NCBI GenBank assembly: GCA_050084515.1
Contig: CM114271.1
Coordinates: forward strand, 32,798,001-32,862,000
Origin: Blasia pusilla
Taxonomy: Eukaryota
Reading direction: 5' to 3'
DNA length: 64,000 nucleotides
Below the pieces are notes generated by a model that ran no database searches, was not told where the DNA came from, and saw only the letters and a list, made by a program, of their open reading frames with translations. The translations under genes and the position numbers were made by a program. Below are positions 13,496 to 25,177 of the stretch, one piece after another (the stretch's first letter is position 1; each line of letters opens with the position of its first letter).

Positions 13496-13583
13496 TCCTA
13501 ATGACCAAAGTTTATAGCGACTGAGTATTTGGAACATTATTTTGAAGGATTTAAAATTTTCAAAAATAAAAAGATATGATTTA

Positions 13584-13890
13584 GTTTGAGACCAAGTTGA
13601 TTTCTTTGGTAATAATTAAAATCCTCAAAGCTGAATTTTCATTTTAAGGTCTTATGACTCTTACAAGAAATGACCTTGAGAATTTTGGAATCCCACATAT
13701 ATGGGATTATTCCATGAGACTTTTATGATATGTCTATTAATGTAAGATGGTCTAAAATACGAAGTTTGAGATTAAGTTTCTTTCCATGGTAATAATACAA
13801 AATCCAAATGATTAATTTTCATTTAAAGGTCTTATTATGCTTACAAGAAATGACCTTGGTATTTTTGGAACTCCACATAAATGGGAATTT
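13584..13890. repeat. Two-copy direct repeat, period ~181 bp
   Basis: TTTGAGA..AAGTT..GGTAATAAT..AATTTTCATTT.AAGGTCTTAT..CTTACAAGAAATGACCTTG occurs at ~13584 and ~13765. Confidence 0.7.
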
Positions 13891-15297
13891 TTCTTCTTAA
13901 TTTTCCAAAAATATTTATCTAATTTCTCATGTAGAGGTTGAACTAAAAATAGAAAACCACAAATAGGGTCTTCCATTTATTCTTTAATCTTAGAGCCCAT
14001 CTTTCAAGGTTTTAAATGTTCAATTTCAATTGTGCATTAATAGGGACAAGTCCTTTTAGTATCACCTTAATCCAAGGGTGTAGACAAATGTTGCCTTAGG
14101 ATCAAGGACAAGCTAGAACTAAGAAATATGAAGTGAATAAAACTTCCAACCGACTTGTTATCTTTATATCCCTCCTCCTTGCCATGATTTTCATCCATGA
14201 AGGCGGGATGCATTTCTTTGGTACAAATCCAAAATGTAAGTAATCTCAAGGATTAGAAAAATCCTCAAAATTACCACTTAGAGGATTGATTTAAAATGGT
14301 TACTAAAATAGTTTCTTAAATACTTGTTAGACTTTTGAATAAATTATAGATATTTCACAATAATCACATATGGCCTTCATTTATATATTTTGAACATGAC
14401 CCACTGCAAATAGTAGAATGATTTCATAAATTATTTTTCTGCCTAAATATCATTTTCTTTTTACATGTCCAAATAAAATTAATTTAAGGGAGACTTGACA
14501 AAATTTTAAACATGTTACAAAAAATTATAAAATAAAAAAATATTTTGTATTTAGTACTACTAATGAAGTAGAGAGGGTTGGGAAAAAGAATATGAGAGGA
14601 TAAAGTGGGGAGGTGCATGGAGTGAAGGTTTTAATTTTTTTTTAAATTTCAAAATTTGTTTGGTAGTTTTCTTCATTTGATTTATAAAATTATGTGCATT
14701 TAAAAATTTTAGGAAGGGTTGGGCATCATTTGTTAAAATTATCGCAACTTATTCTTGTCAAGGTGTTCTTTTGTTTCAAATTAAATAATTTATAAAACTT
14801 CCCAACATAATTAGAGAAATTTTCCACTATATCAATTATGTAGAAATTAATGATTTATTCATAAAATTTAAATTTAAATTACAAGGCTCAACATTATGCT
14901 TGAGAAAATTTTAACTTTTGAGTGTTGAAGAGATGACTAGGGGAGGGGATGAATGGATTATTTGTTTCTAAAATCCAATTTTTTTTCTATAGTTATGAAT
15001 ATTTAAAGATTTAACAAAAGGTTGTGAGTGTGGTTTTAAATCATTCCAATTTTATTTTTTTTATTTATTTAAAAAAAAGAAAAAATTTGCCCAATATTTG
15101 GGTTAGGTTAAGGGGGGGAGGGGGGAATAGCAAAATTAGAAACTAAATTAAGAGGATTTAAAATATTCAATTCTCCGGTTCAATAGAAGGTATTTTTGCA
15201 CTTCGTATGATATATATTTTTGCTTTTTACAATATATTCATAGTTTTATTCCTAATGTCAAGTTTAAATTAATATCATATGAAAATTTCCCGAATAT

Positions 15298-16305
15298 CTT
15301 ACACATGACAAGAGGAGAGGAGGGATATGAAACCACTTTATTATAAAATAAACCTCAAAAGAGGACAAAGAAAGGTAATAACAACTCAAAAGAGGAGTAA
15401 AAAAATGCATAAAAGAATGCAAAAAGAAAATGGAAACAAGCCCACGTAAACATCGGCTCAACGAGCAACACGATTGATTGCTTGAAACAAATCTGACAAG
15501 AACACAAGTGGTTGCTCAGACGTGAATGAACGACGAGGCGAGCGACCTCCCACCACCTCCGCAAAACCTCTTAATGCCAAGGCTTGTGCATGTTGTAAGG
15601 CCACTGAGATGAATTGCCTAAAATAAGTAGTAACAACCGAGAGAGAAGGACTACGGGAAGGGACAAGGTGATGATTCTCGAGGGAGTGGTGAGCACATGT
15701 TTTCAGGAAAGTATCAAAAGACATATGTAAATGACCGAATACTTCCACTACAAACGGAATAAATCCGTCAGTCGCATGTCTCACAACATAACTTAACTCC
15801 TTGATTCTTGCTGCAGCTTCGGCCGCCAAACCTTTGGTATGTGCGGCTCTACACACCAAGTCAGAACGTGTTGGATCAGCAACCACCACATCACCTAGTG
15901 TCCGAATCCACCTCGAGACATAACAAGATCCACTCTCCGACGAGAGGTTGCTTGTGTGGTTGAAGGTAGGACATGGAGTTGCTCTTGCCCAACGGTATAT
16001 CCTGCCGGACGAGCCACCGATGCTACCGCCTCTCTAATGACATCATGTGTGGCCGTTCGTTCTCCATCATGTGCACATCGGAGAATATGGATACCCTTGG
16101 CATCAATAGGATCCCCGCATACACAATTTGGCACACCTAAGAGAGAAGGATGGGGAAGTCAAGACGAATCGCAAAGTCATCGAGAATATACTTCGAGGAA
16201 GAGGAAATGGAAGAATAAGAGGATTTGCAGTAAGCCACGCCCCCGCTCGGTACCCACACATGAACGTAGACGAGCTCGATTAGGAGGGATGGTTTTATTA
16301 GCTCT
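15298..16305 (-). mobile_element. 5'-truncated CRE-like non-LTR retrotransposon (post-RT region, zinc knuckle, restriction-like endonuclease)
   Basis: Translation gives RARLRSC..GAWLTANP..FSMTLRF, the knuckle CVCGDPIDAKGIHILRC, RTATHDVIR, RRRVDL..DVVVADP..ARIKELSY, FIPFVVEVFG and FRQFISVALQHAQA. This is the motif order of RLE-bearing CRE/R2-like elements. It is frameshifted and has a T-rich 3' UTR. Confidence 0.8.
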
Positions 16306-17494
16306 ATAATTTAACACTAATAAGAGGATAGATAATTTTCTCAGTAAGTTTTTCTCATTTATTATTCATCTGGATATTTATAAGTGTTTAAAATTGAAGC
16401 AAAGGGTTGGGCTATCTTTCTTAAATCACCCAGATTTATTCTTTTAAATATTCTTTTCCTAAAATTTTAAAATGAATTTTTTTCCAATTTTGAGTAGGGT
16501 CTTTGGTTTCACAAATTGCAATTATAAAAAGAATTCAAAATATTTTGAATTTTTTTCCAGAATAATTTAAAATTCATTATAGATAGATCCTAATATCTAT
16601 TCTAAATTTCTATGGGGAAGGGGATGGATGATAATATGAGATGGGAGACGAGGATGGTTTTTTGTAATTAAAAATTTGTAGACTCAATTTTTAATAACAT
16701 TTTCCAAATTTTCATTATTTTAATTGTAAATTTATCAATATTTACTTATCTATTTTGAAAATTTTAGGGGAGGGTTTGGCAGTTTTACGACATAATCCCA
16801 AATTAATATTATATATATTTTATTTAAAGAATTTAGAAACATAAAAAATGACCCGAATTGTAAGGTATAGAAATTTATGGCAAGAATTTATTTTAGAAAG
16901 TTAAGAAAATTGTATGCCGTTCAAGAATAAAGTGATTTTTAAAATTTTTCCTTGATTTTTAGGAGTTACATATTTTCTATTGATTACTAAATTATAGGGA
17001 AGAATTGGATTTACAATTTTTTCAATCAATCCCAGTTTATTCTTCTTTACTTTTTTTTCAGATTTAGTAATTTTGGAAAATATATGAACTCATGAAAGTT
17101 AAAAGAAAAATAATGCAAGTCCATAGTATTTTTTTTCGATTTCTTTGTTGAGTTTTAGAAGTTACAGTTTTCTTATTCTTTATTTTTGGTCATATATCTT
17201 CTTTCTACAATTGTCTTTTACTGAAAATTTTAGGGAAGGATTAAATTATTTCAAATAATCCCAAATTTTCTTAAAATTCAAAAATTAAAATTTTTAGTAG
17301 TACTTAAGGATAGGGAAAATTTGAGAAAGTAATATTAGAAAGTAAAAAAGTGATGATGCAGATTTCATATTTTCGGGGTTTAAGTATTTTTTGAACTTAT
17401 ATTTTCTTATTGATTCAAAATTATTCTTTCTATATCGGTCTTGGTTTAAGAGTTGGGTTTGGAAATTTTTAAATAATCCCAATTTATTCTACTT

Positions 17495-17776
17495 TGTCAC
17501 GACTGTTAGGATAGAGCGGTGGGATCTAGCAGAGCGTCTGCACAAGTAGTGGAGGACAGACCCAGGAGGTTGAGGCCCAAGGAAACATGAGAGAGTAGGT
17601 TTCCCCTTTGTTTCGGCTCATTTGGAGCCATATTGAAAAACATACTATTTTAGGTAAGTACCATTTTGAGCATATGATCACCTTTCTATTTTTGACAACT
17701 GGCCCTTGACCTCCTACATCAGGTCAAGAGCCAAGGAGGTGACTTGGGAGAATAAGTTACCATGGAGAGAGCTTGG
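17495..17776 (+). repeat. Repeat A1 (left terminus)
   Basis: Matches 25178-25475 with about 19 substitutions and two small indels by eye. Contains the hairpin GGCCCTTGACCT-8nt-AGGTCAAGAGCC. Confidence 0.95.
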
Positions 17777-19759
17777 GAGAGGGGAGGGGTATACCTCAAG
17801 GAGAGAGAGCTTGAGAGCTCATTCTCTCTTTGTTTAACCTCTTGGCATGAGGCGGTGGAGCTATGTGAGTGTAACCCAAGCCTCTCATTAGGAAGGTGGG
17901 TTTGATTTGACATGAGAGAGAGTGCATACCTTTGAGAGCTTTGGTGTGAGATGGTGTAGAGAGAGATTGGATCTTACTTTACAAAGAGAGAATGAGAGAG
18001 TGAGGGAGCTTTATGGGGAAGCCCGCTGGTCACTCGCTGTTTTTTCAGGTTGGGGACGATGTTCCCCATTCATCGGCTCATGGGAGTGCTCACCGGAGCA
18101 AGGGCTACTTTGATTGTTCTTTGCATTTGCCGATTTTTGGTGTGGAAGAGTGGCGCACGGAAGCGCTGCCCAATTTCTGATAGGGATTGATTATGGGGTC
18201 AGGTTGCCTCATGCTTGTGCTCTCGGGAGCACCATGTAGCTTGCTAATTTGTACTTTTACAGGTTTTACATTTTGGTTGGGAAAAATCAGCGTGGAAGCA
18301 CTGCCAGATTTTGTATAGGAGAAAGAGAATTGGGCTTTACGACATTCCCCTTCATTTTTACTTGAATGTTCAATTCCAAATATTTGTTGATGTCGTCCTA
18401 GATTGTGAAGCTGTGCACGTTGTGCAACAAACGATGTGCAATTTGGAGGTGGGAGTACAAAGTTATGGTCAATCTTGCAAAATTGCCATTGCTAGGCAAT
18501 TTTTAGGGTTAAATTGTTCAAACCCTAAACCAGCCGCCACGCTGACGGCGGCTGTCGCCGTCGCTGGTCAAAGATCAACCGTCACCGTCAATGGTCAACG
18601 GTCCTTCCTCACCATCAATGGTCAACCATCACCGTCAACGGTCCACCGTCCACCTGCCACCGTTAGCCGTTGCTATTGCCCTACATTGCTCACACCCGCA
18701 TTCGGCGGTTGTCCACCCTTTGGTTGTCGTTGTCGCCATTACGGAGTGGAGGGTCTTCCACAATGTTTGTTGATTCTCTGACTTGCGTCGCCACCGTCAT
18801 CGAAGTTTCGTCGTCAACCAGTGACGGCAGATGACCTCCGGTTATGGTGTTTGAGTTTTGATTTGATGCTGCTATGTTGTGATTGGTAGCCGCTTGACGA
18901 CGATTGAGTACCGTGCCGTGACGCCCGTAGCCGCAACGCGCCGTGTCGCTCATGGCCGCACCGCACCATCTCGATTGCACAGTCGCACCATCATTATGGG
19001 GCAGAGTGTGGGATTATTGTTGATTGAGGAGGGTAGGCCGCCGAGTGCTGCATCCCACCATCGAGGGTCGTACCGTTCGTAGCCATTCCGTGTTGCCTGT
19101 AACGCCGCACCGTTCCGCTGGAACCGCACTGTCTATCGAGGAGTTTTGAGCAGTGTCAGTACGGGAGGAGTATGACTTGCTGATTGGAGGAGTTGTGTCC
19201 AAGACCGAGTTGGGGTTGAGATTTGCAGTTGCTGAGGAGCGACATCGACATGTGTTTAGGTTACCCATTCAGGTCCTTTACCCTGCACGCGTGAGGGATT
19301 CTGGGTAGTTTATTTGGGGATATTGGGTTGTGTGGATGCTGAGAACATCATTTATGTATGTGGTTTAGGGGACATAGACCTGTGTGGGATGTCCCGAGTT
19401 GAGGGTAGGTTGTCGATGAGATGATAGCTTGGTCGATTTGCCGCACCACGCCGCTTGTTGCCGCACGTTACACGTCTCGGGGAGGGAGAGTGTAGATCGT
19501 GCCGCATGTTTGGGATGAGTGATTGAGGGATTACCCGCAAGGTTGAGAGTGATCGTGTGAGAGGGACACGAGGGCCATCACGGCGTCTTTTCTGGATTTG
19601 AGAGGCGAGGTAGTGGACCTGAGAGTAGCTCTGGAGGGTTTATCCGGAGTGGTGCAAGGTTTCAAGAGTCTCCACTTGAGAGACCACCTCGATCTCCTTC
19701 TGTGTCATCTTCAAACGAGGGGGAGTGTGTAGAGAAGTTTATGAGCATATCGCCACACA

Positions 19760-20850
19760 TTGTGAGTGGCTACCAGTTGGGTGTACGAGATGGACGATCG
19801 GGGTAGAGGACCGCGTAGGTTTTCGGGTGCAGTAGGCATGATTGAGTTGCACAATTTCATAGCAGAGTTTAGGAGTTGGTGCGACTCCCAGCGGGCCAAG
19901 AACTCTAGAGAGTTCAACCCGTTTACAGCATGGAACGGTATGTTCCAACATTAGAGGGGGCGCCCATGGACGATTACCATGAGTTCTCTTAGAGATATGC
20001 ATGTGAGATCGAGGCGTGGAGGCTCTACTATGACCCACATTATGTGTCATGAACGGATCCGTTCCCAGATGAGGAGGAGGAGTCAGGAGAGGCTACTTCC
20101 TCTTCCACTAGTGATGTTTTAGGAGGGGTCACTCGCACGAGAGTAGTTGCACCGTCTAGTCAGGTTCATCCCAGGTTCAACCCTGTGGTTAAGTTCTTTT
20201 CTGAGTTGAGGGCGAGCTACCAGGAGGTACGGACAGAGAAGTTGCGGAGCATCCAAGACTACTAGAGGCACACGGGTGAGAGTTTGCGTGAGGCTTACAC
20301 TCGCTTGCGTCGGTTGATCAACGTCACTCAGGGGGTGACAAAGGCTCAGGCTATCCAATCATGGTACGCGATGCTGGACCGGACCCTACGGACACGGGTG
20401 CGGGATGGGGTGCTTCTTATGAACACCTCCCCTACGTTGAGAGATGTTTTTAGGACCACCAAGAACATTGAGCGCAACATGGTGGAGGAGAGCGTAGCCA
20501 CCATGGGGTCTGGGCGATAGCAATCACAATTGCCTGCACTACCTGTGCAACAACGTGGACTCCGAGATAGGTCGACTGTGGCACCACGAGCTCAGGGAGG
20601 ATACCGGGGGGCCGTGCCACAGAGACGTGCGCCTTCCTATGCGGCTCAGCAACAACCGCATACTATTACTTTTTGGTCATGTGGTAGAGCCCATCATCAG
20701 CGCGATTGCACTCGTTAGGGTCATGGACGTGTGCCTCAGCATGGAGGAGGAGTTGGTGCTGCACCAGGAGGTTATCAGTGTAACTATTGTCAGAGGTATG
20801 GTCATACACGCGCCACGTGTTTCAGTTTACATCTTGAGTTATATCCGGAC
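19760..20850 (+). pseudogene. gag: Gag with two zinc knuckles, disrupted
   Basis: Capsid-like segments IELHNFIAEFRSWCD and REAYTRLRRLI. Knuckles WSCGRAHHQRDC and CNYCQRYGHTRATC. In-frame stops are present. Confidence 0.8.
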
Positions 20851-21699
20851 CGAGGGCCAGGGAGGGCACTAGAGCAAGTAGCCGGTCCGGGTGGGCTAGA
20901 GATCTTGCACTAGGTGGTCCTGTTGGGGGACGAGGAGCTGGAGTTGCCCGACATGGTGGTGGAGGTGCCCATGGAGGAGGTAGAGTACCACCATCTAGAC
21001 ACGCTGAGGGAGACGCTGTACGTGAGGCTGGGATGGCTCCTCAGATATAGCAGCTACAGAGTAAATTGCCGTTATGGCATTGAGGTTACCCAATGCTGGA
21101 TCCGTGACATCGACATCATATGGAGCAGCCAAAGATATGGAGGATCCTGGTTGGATGTGCGGGGTTGCCCATGGAGGCAGCCGCAATTGTGACGCATGGA
21201 GCAGCTGCAGAGTTGGATCCACAATGAGGGGAAGCCAGGAAACACACTAGGCTTTCTCAATCTCTCATGTTGTCTGAGGCGAAGAGGACCCCATCGATGG
21301 GTCTTGATCAAAGTTCCTGGAGAGTTGGTGATGTTGTTGGTGTGCAGACACAGAGGGCGATGGGAGAAGCGAGTACAAAGATTCCTATTGTTGATGCTCA
21401 GGAGGGGCATGTGTCGAGCATGTTGTTGGGGGCGGCCATCGTTGTGTACCGCACTCCTTTATTTTCTGCTTTCGATGTTATGACGTTCGGGGGTACGCCC
21501 CCGGAGGCTTTTCGGCTGGCCGCTACGCTATGTGAGTGTGGAGTTGGAGTTCTTGCATCACATTCAGAGGTGATTGTAGAGGAGGTGATGGACTTGCCCT
21601 AGGAGCGGATGCTCGGGCCGTCCACTTCAGGTTCATGGCAGGCTGCGGCTACTAGGATGGCGGAGATGCCGCTAGACCAGCGATAGAGCGTGCCATGGC

Positions 21700-24600
21700 T
21701 TCTCATGGTGTTGTGTTGCTGGATAACCGAGGAGCGGTCTTCCAATTGGTAAGTCCTTGAGGTAGAGCTTTTAGTCTGTAGCGCGTCTTCTTGGATTCAG
21801 GAGCGCAACCCCTGATGTAGGGGAAAGAGTCATTCAGAGGATTGGGCTTAACGAGAGCCGATGTGGAGCGTTGTCCATTCTGGATACAGACATCCTTGGG
21901 TGGAGTGAGTACCACACAGTATATCACCCAACAGGAGGTCGTGGTGAGGATTCGCCCAAGATATCCCACAGATGAGTCCGTGGTGCGAGCCAAGGCGATA
22001 GTGACTGATGCAGAGTCCTACAACGTCTTGGTTGGTGGAGCAGTGTTATATCCGATGGGGTTTTCCCTCGATTACTGGGAGGAGTCAGCGTCCTACAAAC
22101 CAGGATGGCACTCAGGTGATGGGCGCCTTAGCTCATTACCCGTTCGATTCACATGTGTAGTGATCGAACAACAGCCAAGAGAGATGGCGACCTTAGCAGC
22201 ATTTAGTAGTGCCATCATTTGGCATAGTGATTTGATTGAGGGACATGTCCATGCAGAGGATACTCCCGTTCCTGACACTTCTATGGATAGGGCTTTGATT
22301 CAGAGTAGGAGCCAGGACTTGGTCGGAGCACGACTAGTGGAGATGACGCATGGGGAGTATGCACCTACGACAGTCATGCCCGCCAAGAAGGATATGCATG
22401 GCAACTGGACGGATAGGCGGATGTGTGGGGATTACCGACCTATCAAACGGCAGACGAAGTCCAATAGGTATGCCATGCCCAGCCCTGAGGAGATCTTTGA
22501 TGCGATTGGTCACACAAAGGTTTTCAATTCATTGGATTTGCGAGCCGGATACCATCAACTGCCAATCAGATTGGAGGACACGCAGAAGACGGCATTTTGG
22601 GGCATCGATCCTCACGGGAAGGATTGTTTGTACCAGTGGCGGTTCTCACCATTTGGGTTAAAAACGCCCCGGCTGAGTTTTAGAGTGTCATGGATAGGAT
22701 CTTGGCTGGTCTGGATTTTTCTAGGTGTTATATTGATGACATTGTAGTCTTTAGCACCACGGTTGAGGAGCATGACCGACATCTAGAGGAGATGTTTCGA
22801 CGATTGTAATTACATGGGTTGAAGCTACATCCAGGCAAGTGCAAGTTCTTCTACAACCAGATTGAGTACTTGGGTCATACGATATACCCAAGGGGCCTTG
22901 GTGTTCAATAGACAAAGGTAGAGGCTATCTCACGCATTCCACGCCCTACAGATGTGAGCCTTTTTCGCGCATTCATGGGATTGGCGAACTTCTATCGGCG
23001 GTACGTCAAGGGATTCAGTTTGATTGCGAAGCCTCTGACCTTGCTGACCAAGGTGGATCACGAGTGGCACTGGGGGGATGAGTAGGAGTGAGCATTTCAG
23101 TTGCTCAAGGATAGGTTGACGTCCGCGCCCATCTTGAGGAGACCGATCACAGGGCGTCCTTTCTAGTTGCACACAGATTGGAGCATGTTGGGGCTTGGAG
23201 CGGTGCTCACCCAGCATGATGATGAGGGTAGAGAGTTTGTGGTGGCTTACGCTAGCTACTCAAACAATGTTGTAGAGGCAAAGTATAGCTCTTATGAGGG
23301 TGAGTGCTTGGCTGCAGTGTGGGCTGTCGCGCATTTTAGGTGTTACTTGTTCGGCAACCCCTTGAAGTGGTTGATGGAGTCCGACAAGCTTACAGGGAAG
23401 CTTACAAGATGGGCTCTATTGTTGCAAGAGTATGATTTTAAGGTGGTACATAGACCTGGGACGCTCAACCAAGATGCAGATGAGTTGAGTCGTAACCCAT
23501 GCCCGAGTCAGCGAGATGCGACTGGAGCTCGATGGCATGGGTGTGTTTTGAGGGTTTGGGAGGATGGTAGAGTATGCGTAGTGCCGCATCCTTTGCAGAG
23601 ATCATGACTAGTGCAGCATGCCCACGAGGAGTTGGGTCACTTTGGGGTGAAGTGGATATACAACTTGCTCCAGATTCAGTATTAGTGGCGAGGCATGCAG
23701 ACTGATGTTCAATAGTTTGTTGCCAGGTGCATGGTGTATGATCGGGTCCGAGCATCGTTCAATGCTCTGACTCCACAGTTGCATCCATTACCGATCATGG
23801 GCTTACGGTATAGATGGAGTTTGAATTTTTCATGACCTTTGCCTTTGACAGAGCGTCACAATCGTTATGTGTTGGTGATGGTCAAACACTTCTCCAAGTG
23901 GATCGAGTTGGTTGCATTGCTTGACAAAGTGAGTGAGGGAGTAGCTTATGCCTTCCTTGACAGAGTGCTGAGTCATTATGGCACACCGGCTGAGGTGTTG
24001 ACAGACCAGGGTTCCGAGTTTTGCGATGAGTTCCAGGCCTTGTGTGATCAGGCGTTGATCGACTACCGCACGACTTCGCGAGATCATCCCGAGGCAGATG
24101 GATTAGTGGAGAGAGTTGTGCAGATGGTGAAGAGGGGTTTACACAAGTATGTCTTGGAGAGAGGTCACCTAGGAGATTGGGACCTCTAGTTGCCATGGTT
24201 GGCGATGGGATACAGATTCAGCAGGCAACCATCCTTAGCATCTTTTTCATCGTACTTGCTACTTTATGGCGGAGAGCCATATTTACCTGCGGCCATTCGT
24301 CGAGATGCTGGTGAGGTGCTGGACCTTGATGACCCAGATATATGGATGCGAGCATGTTCTCGGAGGGCAGAGCTGTTTTGGAGAGTGATGCCCATGGCGT
24401 TCGAGAACTTGGCGATTGCGCAACATTGGGATACGTTGAGGTATGCGACTATTCGGGATGGTGGTTATCGACCAACTATCTGGAGGTTTCATCCGGGAGA
24501 TTATGTCTACTTGCAACAGATGGCACCGACGACGTTGGATGTGACTGTAGGGCGCACTATCTTGAGAATGGTTGATGCTTTTCCATTCGGTGTTATCTTG

Positions 24601-24861
24601 TTGGAGGGACGCGATGGTATGGTATGGAAGGACCATGTGCGTAATCGTGCGCCATGTCACCTTCCTAACATTGATGGTATAGTAGATCCGAGCTCAACAA
24701 TAGTTCTTATAGGCTTGCGTTGTATGTTGTGTGGTTTTGCTCGTGGTGCGGCCACGATGCTAGTCTGTGATGGATGTTTTAGAGGTTGCCGTATGGCATG
24801 TCTCACGCCACCTCTCACTAGGGTTCCTCGGGGACGATGGATGTGTCCAAGATATACATAG
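21700..24861 (+). pseudogene. pol: Pol: aspartic protease, RT, RNase H, DDE integrase and PHD finger, disrupted
   Basis: Protease VFLDSGAQP (~21785). RT RMCGDYR, LDLRAGYHQ, PFGLKN and YIDD (~22730). RNase H TDWSMLGLGAVL and YSSYEGECLA. Integrase HEELGHFG, LTDQGSEF and HPEADGLVER. PHD CMLC..CDGC..MAC..WMCPR. Confidence 0.95.
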
Positions 24862-25046
24862 AGGAGATTCTAGGTAGGTTTCGATTCCAACTTTTTCTGT
24901 GACATGGATGACAGGAAGGGGACTAACGATGGGGCCACATGAGAGCCCGGCCTTTCTGCTCTTAGCATCGTAGAGATGTGTCTTGTGGTAGGTAGGGATA
25001 GAGGGCTATTTGGAGTTAGAGAGACCTAACCACCAGCTAGGGGGAT

Positions 25047-25175
25047 GATTGGAGATATTTTGGTACTTCTCGCCTCTGTATATGGATGCCATGAGTTAAC
25101 ATGGGATCGTGTGTGTTTGTGTGTGTGTTCGATGACAGCGATGTGTGTTGTGTAGCGATGTGTATGCGTATGACA
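25047..25175 (+). repeat. Repeat B1 (internal copy of the right terminus)
   Basis: Matches 25475-25603 with about 10 substitutions in 128 nt. Ends TGACA and is preceded by a short purine run AGGGGGA (25039-25045). Confidence 0.95.
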
Positions 25176-25177
25176 AC

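Noticed and set aside
17762-17780. CA|TGGAGAGAGCTTGG as an LTR end plus tRNA primer-binding site
   Set aside because: The same sequence is present in A2, and I cannot match it to a tRNA 3' end by eye.
18510-18530. Telomeric repeat (TTTAGGG/AAACCCTAAA)
   Set aside because: These are isolated single units, not an array.
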